Shown here piece by piece: positions 21,898 through 31,515 of a stretch of 64,000 bases of DNA. The translations under genes were made by a program, and so were the position numbers. Positions within the stretch are counted from its first letter, which is position 1; each line of letters begins with the position of its first letter. The notes under the pieces are model-generated. The model saw only the letters and a program-made list of their open reading frames with translations, was not told where the DNA came from and ran no database searches. This DNA comes from Polyangiales bacterium (lineage in GTDB: Bacteria > Myxococcota_A > Polyangia > Polyangiales > JADJQN01): NCBI GenBank assembly GCA_964202905.1, contig CAXNJO010000002.1:64001-128000 (forward strand), written 5' to 3'.

Positions 21898-22614
21898 TCA
21901 GGGACCCGCGACGCCGGCGTCGGGCTCGGCGCCGACCGCGTCGAGGATGAGCCCCGTCGCCTGCACGTAGAACGCGATGAGCACGCGCTGCTGCGCGTCG
22001 TCGAGCGAGAACGCCGTGTCGCACGCGACCAGCGTCAGGTCACGCGTGCGGGAGAGCGCCTCGACCACCTCGAGCGGCATGTCCGCGAGCGTCGCCGTGC
22101 GCGCGTCCGCGTCGAAGCGCGCCGCAGGAAAAGGCACCGGACCGCGCTCCGTCCGCGCCGAGAGCGCATGGCACGTCGGGCCGATCGCGCCCGAGACGTC
22201 GAGGAAGCGGAGCTCCACGTCCGGCGAGCCGAGCAAGAAGCGCAGCGACCACACGCCCTCTGGAAACGCGAGCTCCCAACGCAGCGCGCGCGCCGCGCCC
22301 CCGTCCGCCCCGGGCTCGAAGGCCACCGTGCCCGGCACCGCGGTCGGCGTGGGGCGCACGAGCGGCTCGAGCACATGCACGTCGGACTCGGGCAGCCGCG
22401 GCCCCGCGTCGGTGCGCGCGCCCCCATCCGCGCGGTCATCCCGGGCCGCAGCGCCGTCGCCGCGCGCCCCCTCCCCTTGCGCGGCGCGCTCCTCGCCCGC
22501 GTGCCGATGCCACGCGAGCCCGAGCCCGAGCCCGACGGCGACGACGACGGCCACGAGGCCCACGATCCCGCGTCGCCGCGCGGTGCGCGGGTCCGCCTTC
22601 GTCCGCGCGCTCAT
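21898..22614 (-). CDS. Hypothetical single-TM membrane protein
   Basis: ATG overlaps the regulator stop (ATGA). Basic N-terminus followed by the TM GIVGLVAVVVAVGLGLGLAW. Confidence 0.65.
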   Translation of the reverse strand: MSARTKADPRTARRRGIVGLVAVVVAVGLGLGLAWHRHAGEERAAQGEGARGDGAAARDDRADGGARTDAGPRLPESDVHVLEPLVRPTPTAVPGTVAFEPGADGGAARALRWELAFPEGVWSLRFLLGSPDVELRFLDVSGAIGPTCHALSARTERGPVPFPAARFDADARTATLADMPLEVVEALSRTRDLTLVACDTAFSLDDAQQRVLIAFYVQATGLILDAVGAEPDAGVAGP

Positions 22615-24176
22615 GCGCCCCTCCGGCGACCGGGCGTCACGGGGCGCCCCGCGGCTGGCGCGTCCGCGTCGTCGCTCGAGACGAGGGGCGAGAAGAAGTT
22701 GTCCTTCTTCGTGTATTCGTCGACGCGGAACGCGTACTTGTAGCTCGGCGCCGCGCGCTGGTTGCAGTCGGCGCGCTCGCAGAAACGGCACGTCGTGCCC
22801 ACGGGCACGGCCATCTTGCGCGGGTCGGCGAAGGGCATGTCGTCCGCGTACACGAGGTGGCGCGCGTTGTCCGCGTACGTGCCGAGGCCGATCGCGTAGA
22901 CGGTGCCGCGCGCGAGCGAGCCCTGCTCGGGGCTCGAGATGACCTTCGCGAAACAGAAGTACGTCGCCCCGTCGGGGAAGACGCTGTACTGCCGGGCGAG
23001 CACGTTCGGCGTGAGGAAGGCGAGGTTCGTCGCCCACTTCGGGCACGAGCCCGTGCCGGCCGGGAAGCGGATGCCCGTCTGCGAGTAGCGCTTCGAGATG
23101 TTGCCCGCGACGTCGACGCGCGAGAAGTGGAAGGGCACGCCGCGCTTGCGGGGATCGCTGAGGTTGCAGATGCGGTGCGCGACGGTCTCGTACGACGACT
23201 CGAAGAGGCTCGTCAGCAGCTCCACGTCGTAGCGCGTGCGCGTGACCTCGCGGAAGAAGTCGTCGTACGGCAGGAGGAGCGCGCCCGCGAAGTAGTTCGC
23301 GAGGTGGATCTTCAGTAGCTTCTGCGTCTCGACGTGCCGCTGCGGCGCGCCGGCCCCCGCGAGGATGCGCACGTGCAGGCGCTCGTCGTCGAGGATGCGC
23401 AGGCCCGCCGTCGCCGCGAGCTGGAACTTGAGCCGCTGCTCGAACATCGCCGACGAGAGCGTGAGCACGCCGCCGTCCGGATCCCAGCGCCGCACCACCG
23501 ACGACTCCTCGCTCGGCGCGACGAAGCGCACCTCGACGCCGAGCCGCGCGCGCAGCACCTCGGCCAGCTCGTGGCTCGACACGCGCGCACCGAGCTTCGT
23601 GTCGCGCCGCAGCTCGTCCGCGCGCTCCTCGAGCACCTTGAACCAGTTGCCGTGCTGCTCGAGGAAGTCGATGACCTCGTCGAAGGGCGAGTAGTCGAAG
23701 CGCAGCGCACCGTCCGCCGCGTCGTCCGTCGCGGGGGCCGCGGCGCCCTTCGACTGCGGGCGCCCCGCGCCGCGCGCGACCGAGTGCAGCAGGTTGTCGA
23801 GCTGCGAGCGCGTGTTCTTGAACATGTTGAAGAGCGCGGTGATCGTCGTCGCGACCTTCGGCTCGGCGCTCAGGCTCTGCAGGTCCTCCTCGGTGAGGTT
23901 CAGCGAGCGCAGCAGCGGCTCGTCGAGGAGCTTCGCGAGCCCGTCGTCGACGTGCCGCTCGCCGAGGCTCGCCATGAACTGCTCCATCGTGACGCCGTAG
24001 AGCTCGAGCGCCTTGAAGAGCAGCGGCAGCTGCACCGCGCGCTTGCCCTTCTCGATGAGCGAGAGGTACGCCGGCGAGACGCTCAGCCGCCGCGCGACCT
24101 CGCCCTGCTGCAGCCCGCGCTCGAGCCGCAGCTCGCGCAGGCGCTGGCCCATGTGGAGGTTGTAGCTGCCGTCCAT
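22611..24176 (-). CDS. Short-chain fatty acyl-CoA regulator (ScfR/RamB/PrpR family; XRE HTH + M78-like + C-terminal CxxC domain)
   Basis: LRELR...SPAYLSLIEKGKR, ANYFAGALLLPY, SYETVAHR, RVDVAGNISKR and CRFCERADCNQRAAP. Confidence 0.9.
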   Translation of the reverse strand: MDGSYNLHMGQRLRELRLERGLQQGEVARRLSVSPAYLSLIEKGKRAVQLPLLFKALELYGVTMEQFMASLGERHVDDGLAKLLDEPLLRSLNLTEEDLQSLSAEPKVATTITALFNMFKNTRSQLDNLLHSVARGAGRPQSKGAAAPATDDAADGALRFDYSPFDEVIDFLEQHGNWFKVLEERADELRRDTKLGARVSSHELAEVLRARLGVEVRFVAPSEESSVVRRWDPDGGVLTLSSAMFEQRLKFQLAATAGLRILDDERLHVRILAGAGAPQRHVETQKLLKIHLANYFAGALLLPYDDFFREVTRTRYDVELLTSLFESSYETVAHRICNLSDPRKRGVPFHFSRVDVAGNISKRYSQTGIRFPAGTGSCPKWATNLAFLTPNVLARQYSVFPDGATYFCFAKVISSPEQGSLARGTVYAIGLGTYADNARHLVYADDMPFADPRKMAVPVGTTCRFCERADCNQRAAPSYKYAFRVDEYTKKDNFFSPLVSSDDADAPAAGRPVTPGRRRGA

Positions 24177-24261
24177 GTGCTCCCTCGCAGCGCGCGGTGG
24201 CGACGTCCTGGACCTGCCGCGACCCGCCCGCACGACAGGCCCTCCGGAGGCCCACGTCCGC

Positions 24262-24407
24262 TTGACGGACGCGTTGACAAGTAAAGACGCCAGGCCAGCG
24301 TCTGTCAACGCATCAATTCGACGTTTACAGACCACTTACCCATTGAATTGGGCGTTCGCGAGCATTACGCATCGCGTCATCGTGCCGCCCTGTAAACGTG
24401 TAAACAC
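24262..24407. promoter_or_regulatory. AT-enriched promoter region with five TGT(A/C)AAC motifs in inverted and direct arrangement
   Basis: GCGTTGACA (24271) pairs with TGTCAACGC (24303). ACGTTTACAG (24321) pairs with CTGTAAACGT (24390). A fifth TGTAAAC is at 24399. Confidence 0.6.
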
Positions 24408-24411
24408 GCTT

Positions 24412-25386
24412 TCAGGCCTCGAGCCACGCGCCCAGCGCGACGGCGACGGCGACGTCCGGCAGGCCACGTCGGGCCTCGGCCTCGGCGAGCGCGCGCGCGG
24501 GCCCCTCGCCACCGAGCCGCTCGACGCCGACCTCGCCGTGACGCCGCGCGAAGAGCGCGAGCGCGCTCGCGACGGTGCCGTCGAAACGCCGCGCGGCGAG
24601 GCCCTCGGGACCGAGCGCGGCGCGGTGCGCGTCGAGCGCATCGGCGAGCGCGTCGATCCCCGTGCGGTCGCGCGCGCTCGTGCGCAGCACCGCGACCTCG
24701 TGCGCCGCGGCGACGCCCGCGCCGCGCAGCGTGCCGAGCGCGCTCCGCAGATCGGCGGCGGCACGCTCGGCGAGCGCGACCTCGTCGGCCTTGTTGACGA
24801 CGAACACGTCGGGGATCTCCATCACGCCCGCCTTCAGGAACTGCAGCGTGTCGCCGCTGCCCGGCTGCACGACGAGCGCGACGGTGTCGACGACGCGCTC
24901 GACATCCGTCTCCGTCTGACCGACGCCGGTCGTCTCGACGAGCACGACGTCGTACGCGGCCGCGAGCACCGCGACGAGCGCGTGCGCGGCGAAGGTGAGC
25001 CCGCCCGCGTCGCCGCCCGTCGCCGCGCTCCGCACGAAGAGCCCATCGTCCCCGGGGTCGAAGCCCATGCGCGCGCGGTCCCCGAGCAGCGCGCCACCGG
25101 AGCGCACGCTGGTCGGGTCGACCGCGAGGACGCCCACCGTGCGTCCGCGGGCGCGGAGCACGCGCGCGAGCGCGGCGACGAGCGTGCTCTTGCCCACGCC
25201 GGGGGGGCCCGTGATCCCCACCCGGTGCGCGTCGTGCCCGCCGGCGGCCGCGAGCGCGGAGAGCAGCGCCGCGATGCGCGCACGCGAGGCCGGGCGCCGA
25301 TCCTCGACGTGATCGAGCGCGCGGGCGACGGCGCGCTTCTCGCCCGCGGCGACGTGCGCGGCGAGCGCGGCGAGCGACCCGTCCAC
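24412..25386 (-). CDS. meaB: B12-mutase-associated GTPase MeaB
   Basis: GITGPPGVGKST, LAVDPTS, GGALLGDRARM, ETTGVGQTE and VVNKAD. Confidence 0.93.
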   Translation of the reverse strand: MDGSLAALAAHVAAGEKRAVARALDHVEDRRPASRARIAALLSALAAAGGHDAHRVGITGPPGVGKSTLVAALARVLRARGRTVGVLAVDPTSVRSGGALLGDRARMGFDPGDDGLFVRSAATGGDAGGLTFAAHALVAVLAAAYDVVLVETTGVGQTETDVERVVDTVALVVQPGSGDTLQFLKAGVMEIPDVFVVNKADEVALAERAAADLRSALGTLRGAGVAAAHEVAVLRTSARDRTGIDALADALDAHRAALGPEGLAARRFDGTVASALALFARRHGEVGVERLGGEGPARALAEAEARRGLPDVAVAVALGAWLEA

Positions 25387-27378
25387 CTAGGCCCCCGCGT
25401 CCGCGGCGTCGGCGTGTGCGGTCAGGAGCGCGACGAGATCCGCCATGATCGCGTCGAGCGCGAAGTCCTTCGGCGTGTAGACGCGCGCGACGCCCTGCGC
25501 GAGGAGCGACGCCGCGTCAGCGGGCGGGATGATGCCGCCCACGATGACGGGCGCCTCGACGCCCGCGGCCCGCAGCGCGGCCACGATCTCCGGGACGATC
25601 TGCCGGTGCGAGCCGCTCAGGATCGAGAGGCCCACGAGGTGCACGCCCTCCTCGAGCGCGCTCGTCACGAGCTGCGCGGGCGTGACGCGGATGCCCTCGT
25701 AGACGACCTCGAAGCCCACGTCGCGCGCCTTGATCGCGATCTGCTCGGCGCCGTTCGAGTGCCCGTCGAGGCCGGGCTTGCCGACGAGGAACTTCGGTCG
25801 GCGACCGAGGCGCTGCGCGAGCCGATCGAGCTCCGCGCGCAGGCGTGCCCGCTCCCCGGGCTGGCCCGCGTCGCCCGAGACGCGCGCGCCCGCGACGCCC
25901 GTCGGCGCGCGGTACTCGCCCCACAGTTCGCGGAGCACGCCGGCCCACTCGCCCGTCGTGACGCCCGCGTGCGCCGCGGCGATGCTCGGCGGCATCACGT
26001 TCTCACCGGCGCGCAGGGCCTCGCGCAGGGCGGCGAGCGCGGCCTGCGCAGCCCGTTCGTCGCGCGCGGCACGCCACGCAGCGAGCGCCTCGACGCGCTC
26101 GCGCTCGACGCCCGGATCGACGACCAGAATCGCGCCGTCGAGGTCGCGCGTGAGCGGGCTCGGCTCGCTCTCGCGGAAGGCGTTGAGGCCCACGACGATC
26201 TGCTCGCCGCGCTCGATCGCGCCGAGCCGCGCTGCGTTCGACTCGACGAGCCGCTGCTTGATGTAGCCGCTCTCGACGGCCTCGATCGCGCCGCCGCGCG
26301 CGAGCACGGCCTCCACCTCGCGCCACGCCTCGGCCTCGAGCGCCGCGACGCGCGCCCCGACGACGACGCTGCCCTCGAAGAGGTCGCCGTGCTCGAGCAG
26401 ATCCGTCTCGTACGCGAGGATCTGCTGCGCGCGCAGGCTCCACTGCTGGTCCCACGGGCGCGGCAGGCCGAGCGCCTCGTTCCACGCCGGCAGCTGCACG
26501 GCGCGCGCGCGGGCGTCCTTGCTGAGGGTGACGCTCAGCATCTCGAGCACGATGCGGAGGATGTTGTTCTCGGGCTGCTGCTCGGTGAGGCCGAGCGAGT
26601 TGACCTGCACGCCATAACGGAACCGGCGGTGCTCGGCGTCCGCGACGCCGTAGCGCTCGCGCGTGATGCGGTCCCACAGCGCGACGAACGCGCGCATCTT
26701 GCAGAGCTCGTCGACGAAGCGGATCCCCGCGTTCACGAAGAAGCTCATGCGCCCGACGACCTCGTCGAGCTCCGGCTGCGTGAGGCCGCGCGCGCGCACC
26801 GCGTCGAGCACCGCGATCGCGGTGACGAGCGCGTAGGCGAGCTCCTGCGCGGGCGTCGCCCCCGCCTCCTGCAGGTGGTAGCTGCAGATGTTGATGGGGT
26901 TCCAGCGCGGGATGGACTTCACCGTGTGGACGATGAGATCCGTCGTCAGGCGCAGGCTCTGCGCGGGGGGCAGGATGTACGTCCCGCGCGAGAGGTACTC
27001 CTTGACGAGGTCGTTCTGCGTGGTGCCCGCGAGCGACGCCGGGTCGACGCCGCGCTCCTCGGCGAGCGCGACGTAGAGCGCGAGCAGCCACGGGGCCGTC
27101 GCGTTGATGGTCATCGAGGTGTTCATCTTCTCGAGCGGCAGCGCGTCGAAGAGCGCGCGCATGTCGCCGAGGTGCGCGACCGGGACACCCACCTTCCCGA
27201 CCTCGCCGCGCGCGAGCGGATGGTCGGGGTCGTAGCCCGTCTGCGTGGGCAGATCGAAGGCGACGCTCAGCCCCGTCTGCCCCTTGCCGAGGTTCGTGCG
27301 GAAGAGCGCGTTGCTCTTCTCGGCCGTCGAGTGCCCCGCGTAGGTCCGCATGATCCACGGCCGCTCGCGCTTGGTCAT
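25387..27378 (-). CDS. ecm: Ethylmalonyl-CoA mutase (Ecm/MeaA)
   Basis: PWIMRTYAGHS (His where methylmalonyl-CoA mutase has Phe), FRYGVQVNSLGLTEQQPENN, and the B12-binding KPGLDGHSNGA. Confidence 0.93.
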   Translation of the reverse strand: MTKRERPWIMRTYAGHSTAEKSNALFRTNLGKGQTGLSVAFDLPTQTGYDPDHPLARGEVGKVGVPVAHLGDMRALFDALPLEKMNTSMTINATAPWLLALYVALAEERGVDPASLAGTTQNDLVKEYLSRGTYILPPAQSLRLTTDLIVHTVKSIPRWNPINICSYHLQEAGATPAQELAYALVTAIAVLDAVRARGLTQPELDEVVGRMSFFVNAGIRFVDELCKMRAFVALWDRITRERYGVADAEHRRFRYGVQVNSLGLTEQQPENNILRIVLEMLSVTLSKDARARAVQLPAWNEALGLPRPWDQQWSLRAQQILAYETDLLEHGDLFEGSVVVGARVAALEAEAWREVEAVLARGGAIEAVESGYIKQRLVESNAARLGAIERGEQIVVGLNAFRESEPSPLTRDLDGAILVVDPGVERERVEALAAWRAARDERAAQAALAALREALRAGENVMPPSIAAAHAGVTTGEWAGVLRELWGEYRAPTGVAGARVSGDAGQPGERARLRAELDRLAQRLGRRPKFLVGKPGLDGHSNGAEQIAIKARDVGFEVVYEGIRVTPAQLVTSALEEGVHLVGLSILSGSHRQIVPEIVAALRAAGVEAPVIVGGIIPPADAASLLAQGVARVYTPKDFALDAIMADLVALLTAHADAADAGA

Positions 27379-27448
27379 GCGTGCTTCGTACCCGCGCGCC
27401 TTTCGCCTTTCAAGAAGCCCACCAACCCCTTTCGAGGAGAGAGCCACC

Positions 27449-28750
27449 ATGTCGCCGCCATCGTCCACGAAGCGCCTCACGCCGCCTGAGAGCCCCGCCC
27501 TGCGGGTCGTCGAGACCCCGGCGATCGTGCCCATCGGTGCGCTGCCGCCGCTCGGCGTTGTGCCCGCGCGCATGCACGGCTACGCCATCCGGGCCGACCG
27601 ACAGGGCGAGCCGCTCGCGTCCTTCGTCAGCGAGGAGCTCCCGACGCCGGACCCGGGCTTCGGCGAAGTGCTGGTCCAGGTCATGGCCGCCGGCGTGAAC
27701 TACAACGGCGTGTGGGCCGGGCGCGGCAAGCCTGTGAGCGTGTTCGACATGCACGGACAGCCCTTCCACGTGCCGGGCTCGGACGCCTCGGGCGTCGTGT
27801 GGAAGGTCGGCCCCGGGGTGCGCGCGTGGAAGGTCGGCGACGAGGTCGTCCTCCACTGCAACCGCACCTGCGGGCAGTGCGCGTTCTGCAACGGCGGTGA
27901 GCCGATGTTCTGCCGCGCGCAGAAGATCTGGGGCTACGAGACCCCCGACGGATCCTTCGCGCAGTACACGATCGCGCAGGCGCAGCAGCTGCTCCCGAAG
28001 CCGCCGCAGCTCACGTGGGAGGAGGCCGGCAGCTACGCGCTCACGGCGTTCACCGCGTGGCGCATGCTGATGAACCGCGCGGCGCTGCGCCCGGGTGACG
28101 ACGTGCTCGTGTGGGGCGGCGCGGGCGGCCTCGGCGTCTTCGCGCTGCAGATCTGCAAGCTCGCGGGCGCGCGCGCCGTCGCCGTGGTGTCGAGCGACGA
28201 GAAGGCCGAGCTCGCGCTGCGCCTCGGCGCGCACGCGACGATCGATCGCCGCGCCTTCCCGCACCTCGCGTGGACGCCCGACGAGACGCCCGCGCAGACG
28301 AAGGCTCGCCTCGCGGACACCAAGGCCTTCGGCAAGCAGCTCTGGGAACACTTCGGCGAGCGCAAGGGACCGGACGTCGTCTTCGAGCACGTCGGGCAGC
28401 AGACCTTCCCGGCGAGCGTCTTCCTCGCGAACCGCGGCGGCCGCATCGTGATCTGCGGCGCGACGACGGGCTTCGCGCTGAACTTCGACGTGCGGCACCT
28501 CTGGATGCACCAGAAGTCCATCCTCGGCTCGCACTTCGCGAACGCCGGCGAGTGCGCCGCCGCGAACGCGATGTTCGTGCGCGGGCAGCTCGCCCCCGTG
28601 CTCACGGAGACCTTCACGTACGGGCAGATCCCGCTCGCGCACGACAAGATGGCGCGCAACCTGCTCCACGGGACGACCGCGTGCCTCGTCGGTGCGCCGC
28701 GCCCCGGGCTCCGCAACCTCGCGGAGACGCTCGCCGCAGGCCCCCGCTGA
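27449..28750 (+). CDS. ccrA: Crotonyl-CoA carboxylase/reductase
   Basis: AAGVNYNGVWA, GSDASG, IWGYET..GSFAQ, WGGAGGLG, LWMHQK and GSHFAN; RBS GAGGAG upstream. Confidence 0.93.
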   Translation: MSPPSSTKRLTPPESPALRVVETPAIVPIGALPPLGVVPARMHGYAIRADRQGEPLASFVSEELPTPDPGFGEVLVQVMAAGVNYNGVWAGRGKPVSVFDMHGQPFHVPGSDASGVVWKVGPGVRAWKVGDEVVLHCNRTCGQCAFCNGGEPMFCRAQKIWGYETPDGSFAQYTIAQAQQLLPKPPQLTWEEAGSYALTAFTAWRMLMNRAALRPGDDVLVWGGAGGLGVFALQICKLAGARAVAVVSSDEKAELALRLGAHATIDRRAFPHLAWTPDETPAQTKARLADTKAFGKQLWEHFGERKGPDVVFEHVGQQTFPASVFLANRGGRIVICGATTGFALNFDVRHLWMHQKSILGSHFANAGECAAANAMFVRGQLAPVLTETFTYGQIPLAHDKMARNLLHGTTACLVGAPRPGLRNLAETLAAGPR

Positions 28751-28773
28751 CCCCCCGCCCGAAGGACCGCGAC

Positions 28774-29838
28774 ATGACGATCGACCCCGCCCTCACGCAG
28801 GCCGCGCTCGCCCGCAACGAGGCCCTCGCCCTCCGCGACAAGGCCCGCCAGCTCGACCTCGACGCGCGCTACCTCGTGCAGATGGCGCACCTCACGACGC
28901 CCGCGACGGTGTGGAAGTACGTCGAGGGCGCCTGCACGAAGAGCGCCGCGAACCTCGTGATGCTCGACCTCGAGGACTCCATCCCGCGCGGCAACGACGC
29001 GCTCCTCGCGCAGGGCCGCGAGAACGTGATCCGGGCCTTCCGCGAGCTCGACTGGGGCAAGCGCCTGCGCTTCTTCCGCCCGCGCGGCCTCGAGCTCGAT
29101 CCGGGCCACGAGGACATCCAGACCATCGTCGGCGCGTGCGGCGCGCGCATCGATGGCCTCGTCTACCCGAAGACCGAGAGCGCGGACGAGGTGCGCTCGA
29201 TCGACGCCACGCTGACCGCGCTCGAGGCGCAGCACGGCCTGCCGCCCGGCGGCATCAAGATCGAGGTGCTCATCGAGAGCGCGGCCGCCGAGGAGCAGGT
29301 CTTCGAGATCGCGCGCGCGAGCCGCCGCCTCGTCGGGCTGGTCTTCGGCGCGTTCGACTACTGGGGCTCGCTCGGCATGGTGGGTGAGCCCTACACGACC
29401 GATCACCCGCTCGTGCAGCATGCGCGCGCGCGCATCGTGAAGGCCGCGGCGAGCGTGGGTGTGCCGGCCATCGCCGAGATGACGCTCAACTACCCGACGA
29501 AGGAGAAGTCGCCGTCGGAGCAGCAGGCCGCGCTCGACGAGTGCCGCGCGGACGCGCGCGTCGCGCGCCGCTTCGGCTTCGCCGGCAAGTGGACGGGCAT
29601 CCCGCAGCAGACGGCCATCGCGGTCGAGGTCTTCTCGCTGCGCGACGCGCTCATCGAGGAGGCCGTCGACGAGGCGCGCGCCTTCCTCGCCGCCGAGCGC
29701 GAGGGACGCGGCGCGGTGATGATCAAGGGCAAGATGGCCGACCGCGCGACCGACCGCATCAACCGCGTGACGCTCAAGACGGCGTACGCGCTCGGCCGCC
29801 TCGACGCGCAGACGGCCGCCGATCTCGGCATCCGCTGA
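28774..29838 (+). CDS. CitE/malyl-CoA lyase family (probable L-malyl-CoA/beta-methylmalyl-CoA lyase or thioesterase)
   Basis: MLDLEDSI, VYPK, LIES, FGAFDY, GFAGKW and GKMAD; located between ccr and mcd. Confidence 0.78.
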   Translation: MTIDPALTQAALARNEALALRDKARQLDLDARYLVQMAHLTTPATVWKYVEGACTKSAANLVMLDLEDSIPRGNDALLAQGRENVIRAFRELDWGKRLRFFRPRGLELDPGHEDIQTIVGACGARIDGLVYPKTESADEVRSIDATLTALEAQHGLPPGGIKIEVLIESAAAEEQVFEIARASRRLVGLVFGAFDYWGSLGMVGEPYTTDHPLVQHARARIVKAAASVGVPAIAEMTLNYPTKEKSPSEQQAALDECRADARVARRFGFAGKWTGIPQQTAIAVEVFSLRDALIEEAVDEARAFLAAEREGRGAVMIKGKMADRATDRINRVTLKTAYALGRLDAQTAADLGIR

Positions 29839-29852
29839 ATCGCCATTCAGCG
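29833..29852. promoter_or_regulatory. Palindrome CGCTGAAT-CGCC-ATTCAGCG (copy 2 of 5)
   Basis: Perfect 8-4-8 inverted repeat overlapping the lyase stop codon, upstream of mcd. Confidence 0.65.
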
Positions 29853-29885
29853 CCTCGATCGCCCCATTTTCACGAGGTCTTCGCG

Positions 29886-31505
29886 ATGTCCCTCTCCGCT
29901 GCGATCACCGCCCTCGACGACCTCTGCGCCCGCGCGCACGCGCGGCTCCGCGCGACGCTGCTCGTCGATGGCCGCGTCTCCGGGTCACGGCTCGACGACG
30001 CGCAGGTCGCCGCGCACGGGCTCGCCTACCTCGCGACGGAGGTCGCGACGTGCCGCGAGCTCGCCGCGTGGTCGGCCCGCACGGGCGGCGCGCAGGAGAC
30101 GCGCATCGCCGACGCCTACGTCGCCGACGTGCTCCGCGGCGCGCGCGCCGGCGTGTGGCTGGGCGCGTGCGAGACGGTCGGCACGAGCGAGCTCGGCCTC
30201 ACGCCGGGCGACCTCGACGAGACGGTGGGCACGGCTGCGCTGCGCGCGTGGGCCGACGAACACGCGAGCGCAGCGGCGTACCAGGCCATCGCGCGCGCCG
30301 CGCAGGAGGAGGGCTTCGGCGCGTGGGGCCTCGAGGACGCCACGCTCGAGGAGATCCGGAGCCAGTTCGCGAAGTTCACGAACCAGCGCGTGATCCCGCG
30401 GGCGCAGGACATTCACCGCCGCGACGTGCTCATCCCGATGGATCTCGTCGACGCGATGAGCGAGCTCGGCGTCTTCGGCCTCACCATCCCCGAGCACTAC
30501 GGTGGCCTCGGCCTCGGCAAGATCGCGATGTGCGTCGTCACCGAAGAGCTCTCGCGCGGCTACATCGGCGTCGGCTCGCTCGGCACGCGCGCGGAGATCG
30601 CCGCGGAGCTGATCCTCGGCGGCGGCACCGACGCGCAGAAGGCACGCTGGCTCCCGCGCATCGCCTCCGGCGAGGTGCTGCCGACGGCCGTCTTCACCGA
30701 GCCGAACTTCGGCTCCGACCTCGCGCACCTCGGCACGCGCGCCGAACGCCAGCCCGATGGCAGCTGGCGCGTCACGGGCGCCAAGACGTGGATCACGCAC
30801 GCCGTGCGCGCCGACCTGATGACGCTGCTCGCGCGCACCAAGCCGGACGACGCGGGCTACGGCGGGCTCTCGATGTTCCTCGCCGAAAAGACGCGCCAGA
30901 GCGGCGAGCCGGGCGTCCCCGAGTTCGTCGACGCGGGCCTCACGGGCACCGAGATCAAGGTGCTCGGCTACCGCGGGATGAAGGAGTACGAGCTCGCCTT
31001 CGACGGCTTCGCGGTCGGCGAGGACGCGCTCCTCGGCGACGCCGAGGGCCAGGGCTTCAAGCAGCTCATGCGCACCTTCGAGAGCGCGCGCATCCAGACC
31101 GCGGCGCGCGGCGTGGGCCTCGCGCAGGCCGCCCTCGACGACGCCTTCCGCTACGCGGGCGAGCGCGTCCAGTTCGGGCGCCCCATCGCCGAGTTCGGGC
31201 GCGTGCAGCGCAAGCTCGGCCGCATGATCACGCTCGTGATGGCCGCGCGGCAGCTCACCTTCTTCAGCGCGCGCATGAAGGACTCCGACAAGCGCTGCGA
31301 CCTCGAGGCGGGGATGGCGAAGCTGCTCGCGACGCGCGCCGCGTGGGAGTGCGCCGACGCGAACGTGCAGATCCACGGGGGCAACGGCTTCGCCGAGGAA
31401 TACACGGCCTCGCGCCTGCTGGTCGACGCGCGCGTGCTCTCGATCTTCGAGGGCGCAAACGAGATCCAGGCGCACGTCGTCGCGCGGCGCCTGCTCGAGG
31501 GCTGA
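29886..31505 (+). CDS. mcd: (2S)-methylsuccinyl-CoA dehydrogenase
   Basis: Acyl-CoA dehydrogenase with N-terminal extension (AAHGLAYLAT), EELSRGYIGVGSLGTR, AVFTEP, VLGYRGMKEY, FESARIQTAAR and IFEGA. Confidence 0.9.
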   Translation: MSLSAAITALDDLCARAHARLRATLLVDGRVSGSRLDDAQVAAHGLAYLATEVATCRELAAWSARTGGAQETRIADAYVADVLRGARAGVWLGACETVGTSELGLTPGDLDETVGTAALRAWADEHASAAAYQAIARAAQEEGFGAWGLEDATLEEIRSQFAKFTNQRVIPRAQDIHRRDVLIPMDLVDAMSELGVFGLTIPEHYGGLGLGKIAMCVVTEELSRGYIGVGSLGTRAEIAAELILGGGTDAQKARWLPRIASGEVLPTAVFTEPNFGSDLAHLGTRAERQPDGSWRVTGAKTWITHAVRADLMTLLARTKPDDAGYGGLSMFLAEKTRQSGEPGVPEFVDAGLTGTEIKVLGYRGMKEYELAFDGFAVGEDALLGDAEGQGFKQLMRTFESARIQTAARGVGLAQAALDDAFRYAGERVQFGRPIAEFGRVQRKLGRMITLVMAARQLTFFSARMKDSDKRCDLEAGMAKLLATRAAWECADANVQIHGGNGFAEEYTASRLLVDARVLSIFEGANEIQAHVVARRLLEG

Positions 31506-31515
31506 GCGCGCGCGA

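Noticed and set aside
20242..22614. Prophage or contractile injection locus
   Set aside because: No sheath, tube, spike, capsid or integrase genes lie nearby.
27379..27448. Cobalamin riboswitch ahead of ecm
   Set aside because: The 70-bp spacer is too short and shows no B12 box.
27449..28750. ccr as a marker of a polyketide cluster
   Set aside because: There are no PKS/NRPS genes, and the neighbours are primary-metabolism ecm and mcd.
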